From: Antedon mediterranea
Lineage: Eukaryota > Animalia > Echinodermata
DNA length: 64,000 bases
Direction of reading: 5' to 3'
Assembly: GCF_964355755.1 (NCBI RefSeq)
Contig: NC_092676.1
Coordinates: 27,050,871-27,114,870, forward strand
This document shows, piece by piece, positions 53,985-64,000 of this stretch. The notes beneath the pieces are model-generated. The model was not told the DNA's origin, did no database searches, and was given only the letters and a program-made list of their open reading frames with translations. Position 1 is the stretch's first letter, and every line of letters starts with the position of its first letter. Position numbers and translations under genes: made by a program.

Positions 53985-54209
53985 TATTTCTTTAATTATT
54001 TTTGATTATATAAATTATTATAAATTTTAAATATTGATAAAACATACAAAATGATATATTTTTATAGTTTTATGATGATATAATGAAAGCAGTCAACCAA
54101 AGTCAAAGCAAACAATTAATAATTTTCTCATTAAACTAAATTCCTAATAGTACATAATACATTCTGAATTAAAGGATCATACAAATGATCTGATAATGCT
54201 TAATCTAAG

Positions 54210-54231
54210 AGGTCATGACCTTATCTGACCT
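54210..54231. promoter_or_regulatory. Composite perfect IR0 + DR4 nuclear-receptor element
   Basis: AGGTCA TGACCT tatc TGACCT. Confidence 0.55.
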
Positions 54232-55549
54232 CCGAGAACAGTAATGCAACCGTAGATCAACAACAATCATTCTGGATTAAGCACCATACTGCAAGACATG
54301 TACTTTTATACAGATACTTTAATGGGTCAAGCATTTATGTGACTTATGTTGACATTAAATGTCTTATAAAATAAGTCACAATAAACACATACGGACTTGA
54401 ATAATCATTTGCATAAACTATTTATATTTACAAATATAAAATTGTAATACCTGTAATTGTGTACATAATGTTGTACCATTTACAGTATAATGAACTGCTC
54501 ATTGCAAATAAGGTTTTATTATCCAAGTAACCATTATTTGACCTTAAAATCCGCAGTTATGAAAACATTGTATAAAATTTCAGTAAGATATGGTTATGAT
54601 AAATGCATCGTTAAAAAGATATTACTGTACTAGTATAATATTATATTATTATGTAATTATAACCTTCATAATTATTATAGTTTAAACAACCAGACAACTG
54701 CAGGGACCGAGGTCCCTGTAAAAAATAACAAACATTACTGTAGTAGTAGCCCTACTTAAACAATGGTGGAATTCCTTCATGGAAATCATGAATAATGTGC
54801 TCTTTACTTTGTCAATTTAATAGTTGTTTGTACAAATTCTATATACTGTAGGCCAATATCCCAATGTTTAATCTGTTAAAATTAGACAAAAAATATATTA
54901 TTACATTTTATCACGAGGTTTCGAAATCTTAGTGCATAATATTGTCTTTTTGGTCTATTGGCATACTTTCTGTATGTATATTAAATTTAGGTTTTTTTTT
55001 CTTTTTTATATGTTATTGTTATTTTGTTATCTTGAAGGATGCACCTTTGTGCTATAAGTGTGCCACCGATCTAAAGGTGCAAATCCAAATAAATAAGTAA
55101 ATGGTAAGTAAATACGAAATAGACTAAATAAATTTCATCCAAAAACCATACTGTAATGGCCGCGATCACTAAGATATGTCATAAATTCAGATCACTGTGG
55201 ATATATAGGCCTACCGTAACCCATTTTGCTCACATCTTTTTCACGATGATGGTATTTTGTTACGGATACTTATAGCTTTAGGGGTTTGGTAAACGGTGTG
55301 TGTGTGCTGGATCAACCTCCTTGAGTCGTCTAATTATTTTGCCTGAATTTTACGTTAGTATGGATTTCAGTCAGAAAAAATAATTTCTGCACGTTTAGAG
55401 ATTGTCTAGAAGAGGTTAAAACTTATTTATATCTCTTCAACTAGTTCTTATTTATACAGTAAAGACGAGATGGAGTTTTATAGGCATTCATAACATAATA
55501 TCAAAGAGGCTTCTTAGGGTGGGTATGATAATAATATGCTTTTTTGTAA

Positions 55550-55630
55550 AGCTCTATCTAAACTATCAAACTAATTTGACAAAAAAATTGTGATGTGCCT
55601 ACAGTAAATATGGTAGTGATATGACATCAT
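55550..55630 (+). mobile_element. MITE family C, truncated copy
   Basis: taa|agctctatctaaactatcaaact...aaatatggtagtgatatgacatcat. Confidence 0.8.
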
Positions 55631-55644
55631 AGTAGTGTTATAGC

Positions 55645-55896
55645 AGTTTATAAGTGCTAGCTTAAATGGATAAACCGACACAGGACTTTTTCCCTCGAAA
55701 AGTAAAAATCTTCTTAGCATTCCCTTCCAAGTCAGTGGTATCGTCCGTGGCCGGGCTCTCAGGTGGGCAGCAACGCCCATACATACCTCCCTATTCCATG
55801 CTTGTCAAGTGTGGAGGAGTGAGGGTTGTTTATTCCTTTAAAGGGGAAAATGCCTAATGTTGGTTTATCCAGGTAAGCTAGACACGAAATAGACTA
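55645..55896. mobile_element. Two divergently oriented family B copies
   Basis: Minus copy matches 29705-29830 (gcccacctgag.gc...tactttt.gag...ggtttatcca); plus copy ends tgttggtttatccaggtaagctagacacgaaatagacta. Confidence 0.65.
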
Positions 55897-56624
55897 TGGA
55901 ATAACCTGGTTGAGAACAGAACAAATGGAATGATCTTTGAGATGCCTTCACCTTGCGGTAATTAAAAATGGCTAACAAACATGAATAATTAATTAAACTA
56001 ACTAGAAATATACATTATTTAAAATGGATATAAGTATACGTATCATAGCAAAAAAGTTTAACCTATGAGTATAAGTTATACAATATCGTGCCAACGCAGT
56101 AAATCAAGCGACTTAAAAAAACCATTCAATCATGTTTATGAATTGCACAAATTTAGAGCAATGAACTTTAAAACATACATAAACTGAATAAAAAAGCAGG
56201 CAAGAATGAATATAATATTGATGAATATATAATGTGACAGAGCTGTATATCATTGTACATCATATGAATGGGTAATATACTGTAAAAAAAAACACAAGAC
56301 AAAAGCGCATGATTATCCTACATAAAGTAATAATGAACATTGTCTAATTATGAAGTTCGTATTACATAAATTATACACAAGAGACATGATGCAAGATATG
56401 AGAATAATAACATAGCCTGTTTTCGCTTTTCACATTTCATATGTTTTGTTTAATTCAATTAAAAATATCAACATTTATAAAATACAGCAGCAACACCGTA
56501 AGGCTTAAATAAGGTATTGAGATAAAAGGGTCTATAAACATCCTGTTAGTACAGAGACCTATGCACTTTCTTTAACTATGTTGAGGTTGAACTATGTATG
56601 AGATTTTAAATTAAATTTTTATCT

Positions 56625-56776
56625 GATTAATTATTGTATTTAGGCCAGGGTAGAAATTGGGTTAAGTCTGATTGAGAGAAAAGAAAATATTGCAGTACTG
56701 TAAAAAATATTAAAACTTTTGATTAATTATATTTAGGTCTGAGTAAATTGGGCCAAGTTTGGTTGAGAGAACAAAA
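56625..56776. repeat. Diverged tandem duplication, ~95-bp period
   Basis: tgattaattat..atttagg...aaattggg..aagt.tg.ttgagagaa twice. Confidence 0.7.
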
Positions 56777-56879
56777 TTAAATGCAACTTTAGCCGGGACA
56801 CATGGATTATTACTGAATGATTTGAACTGCATTATGGGTCATGCTGATGGGTTGAAAAAGCAGCAGCATGCAGATGATA

Positions 56880-57020
56880 AACTATTGTTACAAAAAAGTG
56901 TGATGTGACCAAATATGGTAGTGATATTCCCAAATATGGTAAATGATATGACATCATCATGTCTATATATGGGCATATCACATGTTTGTTTGTCACATGT
57001 TTGATAGTGTAGACAGCGCT
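56880..57020 (+). mobile_element. MITE family C copy
   Basis: aagtgtgatgtg...gggca.atcacat...tttgatagtgtagacagcgct. Confidence 0.85.
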
Positions 57021-58544
57021 AAGAAGAGACACTGATTAGTGGAAAACAAATAAAAAATAAATCTTGGCAATATCATATTACATTGCCATAGTGTTGATGC
57101 ATTTAGATGCGCCTTTAATACATATGACGACGAGACAAGCCACCTCATTTTGCACTTCAGATCTACGTACGCATAATCGTTTATTGACCCCGTTACACTA
57201 ATCAATATATTTTACAACTAGATTAAGTTAATGTTTTCTAGAATTCATGTATTACCTAATCTTATTGTATTATAATAATGTACATATTATAGTAATAATT
57301 TAATGTATATCCCACCTCTTAATTTAGTCAATATTTGGTTAGTCTAAAGTGTTTGATAAAACTTTGATTAATGCAAATCCGATTATAATCCCTCATCCTA
57401 AAATTTTCAAAATGTCATATATTGGACTAGACTTTATCATACTATACGGTTTTAATATTGATTTTGAAAAAAGGAAGAAAAATGACAATCACTTATATCT
57501 TTCTTTATTTTATTTTATTAATACTCAAAATTAAGTTATAAACATTGTAAAGATAAGATATCAAGGGAAGGGCTAACAATTATAGTCAGAAAAATTCGAG
57601 TTCAGCCTCTAAACATTAAAGAATAAATTGTTAAAAAATAAAAGCAACCTTTCTAAACTTACAATACATAAAACATTTTTTTTTACTTTCTCTCGAATAT
57701 ATAATATCTACAGTGCACATGTAGAGGGTAAAAAAATTAAATCGGCCCTGCAAAGAGAACAATGTACTAATCATCCTCGACACAGTGCTCATTGTCCTTG
57801 AGTTTTACTAGGTAAAAATTTAGATCAATTATTATAATCATTCATTTTTGTGCGGGAGAAGACGCCAATGTGACTAGGCACATTCATTTATCGTCAATCA
57901 CGGAGTATTCGCAATACCCACTCATCCACTTACATTTTATATGGATTCCATTATATAGTACATGAAGATGTTCAACTCAAATTGAATACATTGATTAAAC
58001 AAAAGATCTTACTCTGTAATGGCTCTCAAAACAACGAATACATTACACACATTTTCCATTGATGAATTCTAAAACGTCTATCAAATGTAAAATCCGAATG
58101 TACAGAAATAAAAATTGTTAAAAATGTGTTTAATATATGTAAAAACAAAACAAGTGAGTTACAAACATGTACAACACACAAAGCTGTTAAAGCCTTTTGA
58201 GATAGTTGGACAATTTTATGTAACTAAGTGATTGTTATGTTATAGATTTTTTATTATTCTTTATAAAGAACTCAATTATTTCAAATCCAATGTTTCAGAA
58301 GTTACTGTGTAGAAAAAAACTACTATACGTCGATGAATGATCTTAAAAATATTTTTCGGTAATGAAACAATAAGCCCACCACAGCCAAAATTGAACGGCA
58401 CACGTTAAAAACATTTCGGAAACGAGAAACTCCGGTGAGAAAAACCCGACTTGCCTATTCTTCAACTAGCGGTTCCTGTATAACAAAGAACAGGGTATGC
58501 TGAATACTACTAGCAGGGGAATTACTTCATTGCAAATATCAGAA

Positions 58545-58586
58545 TGACCTGTCCATGACCTTTGCCTCTAATATTGAACATGACCT
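58545..58586 (-). promoter_or_regulatory. Perfect DR5 element plus a third half-site
   Basis: TGACCT gtcca TGACCT (58545-58561); TGACCT at 58581. Confidence 0.5.
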
Positions 58587-58800
58587 AATCACTGCCATTA
58601 AAATAAGAAAATATATACTTGAAATTACACACTTTCTTTACTTTTTGGCTACGATTTCGCAATTGACTACATATAGGTACTTAATAGTAAACTTTGTAGA
58701 AAACCATGTAGAACTTAATTCTGTTTTTCTTATTTCTCTTACAGAACTTTTCATGACAAATACTGTTGCGTTATAGTATATCTTCTTCTAATGCAAGTTA

Positions 58801-58955
58801 CAGTGGCCATATTCACCCTTAAAATTAAAAAAAATCTCCTATCTAAGTGAATACAACTTAAGGGAAATACTTAAATATTTATTGAGTTGAGTGAAATACT
58901 AATATTTATTAAGGGAAATATCTCACTTAAATGTGATTGGTGAATACAGCCACTG
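58801..58955 (+). mobile_element. MITE family D, uninterrupted copy
   Basis: ta|cagtggccatattcacc ... ggtgaatacagccactg|ta. Confidence 0.85.
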
Positions 58956-60775
58956 TACTTTTAACAAATACAGTAGCATACACTTTCATATACATATTGA
59001 AACAGATGATATTTCTTGTTATGTAGGCCTGCGGTAATTTAAACATTTTCAAGATTAAATATTACAGATAGACACAGAAGTATTTTCTTTCTTTTTTTTA
59101 GATAATTAACAATTCAAAACTTAAATTTAGTAATTCAGGCATATACAGTACAACTGAATGAAGTATGTTAGGCTGGGTAGATTACATATCTGTAGAATCA
59201 CATCCATTGGGGTTATTAACCTATAGGCTATCATCCAAGATGTTTGTCATACAAAATGTATGGAAAAGCTAGGCTAGCTTTAATCCAAGTTGAAATGTAC
59301 ATAGTTAAAGTAGAAGAATTTATCACAGAAAGATTATGTCTTGAGTGAGTTTTGAGGATTCTAATGAGGAAAAATTGTTTGTTGGTGGCGGTGAGATATT
59401 AGTGAGATTTCATTACTTTTGGATGCTATAGATGCGATTTAGACTGACACGCCCACCTCCATGGTAAGTAATACTGGCTAGGCTACTCTACTATAAAGTA
59501 ATATATTTATTTATTTATTAACAATATTTAACCAGGGTGGCCCAATCAGTCAAAAAGACTGTAACCAAGTTCACAATTTAATCTTTTTAATACTGTAGCC
59601 AGGATTTTTAACAGGGGAGGGGGAGGTTCTATTTTTTGGTCGTTACATCCACCTATCTCATTTTACACCCACAATTGTAATGCTACAGTATAGCTGCACA
59701 TACTGTACTGTATGTAGGCTACTTCTTACTGGCTGAGGTATGTTTATATTAATAATATTGTGAGTAACACTATTGCATTACTGTATAATCATTCTCTAAT
59801 CAGACTCTCAATTTTAAAACCCCTCTGGGGATTACAATTTTTCTATTTCAAGAACAAACTATTTTCAAATTATAAAAACAACAATTCTAAATTTGAAAAT
59901 TAATCAAAATTATGTTAAAAATAAACATTTTTGAAGTGTCATGTTTTTCTTGGCAAAATAAAATTAAAAAGATATATTTTAAATTTAAATCAAATTATTG
60001 CAGTTTTTCTTGAAATTGCCATTAAAAATCTTACTAATACAGCTAATCCTATAAATAATAAATTAAGTCCTTTTCATCCTCTTTAATACAAAATGTTTAA
60101 CATTAATCCTAATTTATCCAACAGTTAATCTGAGTTGATACACACTTGAATTATTGATTGATATTTTAGGTTTTTCATTAAATTTAAATAATTTTAAGAT
60201 AATAGTAAATAGTAAAAGTGTGTTATGTAAATTATTGTCAAAGTTTTTGTTAAGCAGACTTCTACATGGCCAATGGTCTTGATATCGCCTGCTATTTTTT
60301 TAAGTCTACTGTAGTACAGAAGCTAGCAAACTGGACTCTTTTATTTTTAAAGTCTCAAAACAAAAACGCTGTTTATGCTTAATTTAATTGTTAAAATGTA
60401 CAATGTGTATTAAATATTGATAAAGTTTAAAACAAAATTTGTTGAAAAATTCAAACCAATAGAGAAATACCTGTAACTCATATCGTACAGAAATATAAAC
60501 ATTTAACCAACACATAGTAATCCTTCTGGATGTATTATCATCATCAACGGAAAAAAGTAATCATACCAATAATACTTTAAATCTAAGGATTATTCCTTCC
60601 TTTTCCTAATCTAAAGATAATCCGCTCCTAATCCTGTAAACTATGGTTTATTCCCTAACAATTATATAACAATTACACGCTCAAGCTTTTAAAATTGATA
60701 AGAAAGGAATCAGTTGGGATTTGAACCTTCAACCTTCAAGCTACCTAACAGTACCACAGTATGCATACAGTAGTA

Positions 60776-60845
60776 TAGTCTCCACGGAAATAGTCTACAT
60801 GGGCAATAGTCACCACGGCAACAGTCGCTACGGCAATAGTTCACC
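60776..60845. repeat. 15-16-bp minisatellite, about 4.5 units (aatagtcaccacggc-like)
   Basis: Direct observation. Confidence 0.75.
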
Positions 60846-61437
60846 CCAATGTTGCATGTGATAAAACATTATTTTATCCGATTCAAAAGTTTTCGTAACA
60901 TTTTAAAAGTAAATCATTTAAACATAGTCTTCTCCACTGGGATTCTACAAAACGAGTTTCCCAGTTTTTATAAACAAAATCAATTACAAAAGTAGAACCT
61001 GCATAATGCGCCGTGAAAAATAGCATCTTAAAAATGTAGTTCTGATCGGGAATGCAATAATTAAATTGTTTATACTAGTGTCTTTAAAATAATATTTTCC
61101 AGCGATTACTGCTTAAGTAAGCAGATATGGTATTTAAAGCTTTTAAGGGAATTAATAAAAATATTTCGATAGTCTTACAGAGTCTAGTTGTGGGCTTCAA
61201 AAGACAAATTTCATAAACATCATTATTACCGACTTTAACCACACAATAACTTTCAGATTTTAAACTTGAGTTTTAATTATTTAACGAAATATTTAAGAGA
61301 TAAAGTTAACTGTATTTAGGAACTGTAGAGTAAACTCTGTTGTTTTGAAGAGCACTTAACTTGCAAATTTACAGTATATTTACTCTATATTAATATTAAT
61401 ATTATAAAAATAAAAATCATTGAAAATTGTTATCGTA

Positions 61438-61565
61438 AGCTTTGTTCACACTATCAAACTTTATGTGACATACTGTATATGGACATGATGATATCATATC
61501 ACTACCATATATGGGCACATCAAACTTTTTTTTTGTCAAACTAGTTTGATAGTGTAGTCAGAGCT
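61438..61565 (-). mobile_element. MITE family C copy, reverse orientation
   Basis: acactatcaaactttatgtgaca...catatcactaccatat...agtttgatagtgtagtcagagct|tta. Confidence 0.88.
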
Positions 61566-62439
61566 TTATACTACAGTAATACAGTATTTACAATGTGTAG
61601 TTGTACCCACTACTGCACTCCAGTCTACAGGTGTAGCTAGTGCACAATCTTACTTTGGAGTGAGGAAAAAAGTATTGCGCATCTTTCATTTGAAATCAGA
61701 AATAATAGTTATTTAAACTAATTACGTGACAGTAAAATAAAAAATATGAATCTTTATCTTTATTACTAAACTAAAACTACTGTATTGTTTGATATGAATT
61801 ATAACAATTTCAATCAATCAAAAGGACAAAGTTTTATGAAGTTTCAGTTTTGAAACCGTAAAATACTGTACCACAACTACTATAACAAATATCTACTGTA
61901 TATGCTTAAATTATACAAATCAATGCAGTGTTTGTAGTCCACTGGGTGCCAACGGAGCATGATATTGATATGGAAAGATAAAAGTCCCTTAACATCCCTC
62001 TATAATAATGGACGACTGTAACAAACACGCCCTCATTTTTTTTTTAGTAGCCCAGAGTGATTTTTTTTGCTCTAAGTATTACCAAACAGAACCATGAAAA
62101 GCATGTCAGTTTTATCCAACATAAACGCGTAGAAATACTATTATGATTAAATTTCCTTCAATGGTTGATATAAACTTGATATTTTGATGGTTGTCAGCTA
62201 AATACTTGAAGGTAAAGATCTCTGGCTTTGAGGTACTGTACTAATCACATGATATCGACATGACAGAAAGTGGGATACTGTAGGTGTACATGATTCTGCA
62301 GATTTAATACTGTGTAATTAGTTCGCTGGGGTGATACTGTCCCAAACTGCTTTCAGGTATAATACAGTACGTTAATTTACTAGTAATACATCAATTAATA
62401 TTTGTTTGATAATTACAGTGTATTATTTAATACAATTAC

Positions 62440-62800
62440 AATTTTTTATTTAATTTATTTCGATTACATCCAAGATGTCATAAGAAGTAAAAGTTAAAAT
62501 TCATAGTTTATATAGAAAAAACCAATTGGTACAGTACTGTAAAACTATAAAAGTTACAAACATAATAAAGATAAAAGTATTTACAAACAATTATTTTATT
62601 TCTCCATTTTCTATCTTCATCATCTGTTATTACAGTACCTTGTCTTGCAACATACAATGCCATTTGCATTTGTCCTGAGCAGAATGGTTTTGTGTTTTTT
62701 CTGAATAATTTTCAATTTCCCTTTTAAATTCATGTAGATTGGTGTTATAATCTTTAATTTACACTGGATAAAAGAATTTTCAGATTTGGTGAAAGAATTT
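62440..62800 (-). mobile_element. Possible decayed LINE 3' end
   Basis: Minus strand reads, with a frameshift, NSF/YP.*IKDYN...EFK, like a LINE ORF2 C-terminus, then an A-rich tail. Confidence 0.3.
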
Positions 62801-64000
62801 AAAACTTGGTAAAACTATTTTTGTACTGTATGACTCTTAAATTCCCAAACAATATAGAATTTGTAACAAAATTTACTGGAAAAATAAATCATACGCACTT
62901 TAGAAAAAATTACATTATGGTATCTTAAATAATTTTAGCGCATTATTTTATCGCCATGACTACACATTTTTCATGACGACCTTGCATTCCTTATGCCTTT
63001 ATTAACATTGATGTACTTTATCATGAAAAAGATTCCAGAATTCCTCAATCCACTGACAAATACACCTTTTTTTTAAGTTTTATTAGGTCATCAACCACAA
63101 ACAAGCTGTAGCTTTTCGGTGATGTGGTCCTTTTCATCCTTTAAGGTATTTTATATTCTGTTTATAAATTTTATTTTTAATGAAAGACGAAACCAATTTG
63201 AACAAAATAGTAACATTAATTTTACCAATGTACAGTACTGTATCTGAATTTCACAATCAATGTTGATAATGTATTTTATTAAAGTAATTATTAATTAAAC
63301 TTCTGAAAACTGTTGGTGGAATGGTACTGATTTACTTTATTTACTGAAAACCCCACATTCTAATTGGAAAATATGGAATATTTAAAATACAGTTGTTTAC
63401 TGTACAGGTTTCTCTTTGACTTACCTCTTAATCTTACTAGGCTAAATATCTTTTCCTAACACACATTTATTTGATTGCTTTTTGAACTGGGTTAATGTCT
63501 AATAAAAACAATATCTTCATTAACTCTGGCTTCGTATTACCAACCCACAGCCAGCAATAAAAGCTAAATGATACAAGACTTTATGTAGTTGTATTTTAAA
63601 CTAAGATTTATCTCGGTTAACGCAGGTTGACGTCTGATTAAGGCTCTGTACTTACAGTTAAATGCAAGCATAAAGTTATTTAATTCTTAATTCATTACTA
63701 TTTTTATTAAGAGAACAATTATCAACAATCAAAATATTTTTGTCTTATATAATAAATTTTGTAATGATTGAAGGTACAGTATCACATGGTCTTTCAAGAC
63801 ACAGAACCTACCTACTGTAGATTCTAATAATTATGTGTTCTTCTAAGAAATTATCACCCCATACTGTACACAAAAACCTGTACTGTACTGTACTGTAGTC
63901 TAATTTAATTTTACAGATATACTTAATTTCAAGATACACAGTACATCATTAGTTATAGTACCTCATTTTTTGCTGGTTGTTTTTTTACATTTTTTTAAAC

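Noticed and set aside
55857-55896. Family B end as spliced-leader RNA or U1 snRNA (reverse complement contains CTTACCTGG)
   Set aside because: No Sm site after the donor and no U1 similarity beyond 9 nt.
592-58776. Remaining 60-100-aa ORFs in the track
   Set aside because: Composition typical of random AT-rich frames (rich in I, L, F, K, Y), many with non-ATG starts, and no recognisable domains.

Overview
AT-rich (about 30% GC by eye) animal genomic DNA, not prokaryotic. It is probably an invertebrate; the dense TAGGCCTA motifs and MITE types suggest an echinoderm, but that is inference only. The only protein-coding signal I can support is two minus-strand exons (12607-12689 and 9534-9675) that splice into a complete nuclear-receptor C4 zinc-finger DNA-binding domain of the NR1 type (P-box CEGCKG). 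The start and LBD exons were not found, so most of the window is probably intron or upstream DNA. The rest is a patchwork of mobile DNA. It includes several MITE families, an 867-bp Harbinger derivative with a Myb/SANT remnant, an 818-bp pogo/Tc2-like element, and tandem repeats. Most notable are: (1) a 5.2-kb CAC...GTG element with a 4-bp TSD and asymmetric bipartite 12/21-spacer ends reminiscent of RSSs, nested in a MITE; (2) a chimeric 5S rRNA + tRNA SINE; (3) two copies of a minimal hammerhead ribozyme of the Penelope type; (4) many AGGTCA half-sites, including perfect DR2, DR4, DR5 and IR0 elements, around a nuclear receptor gene. All coordinates and counts were made by eye.
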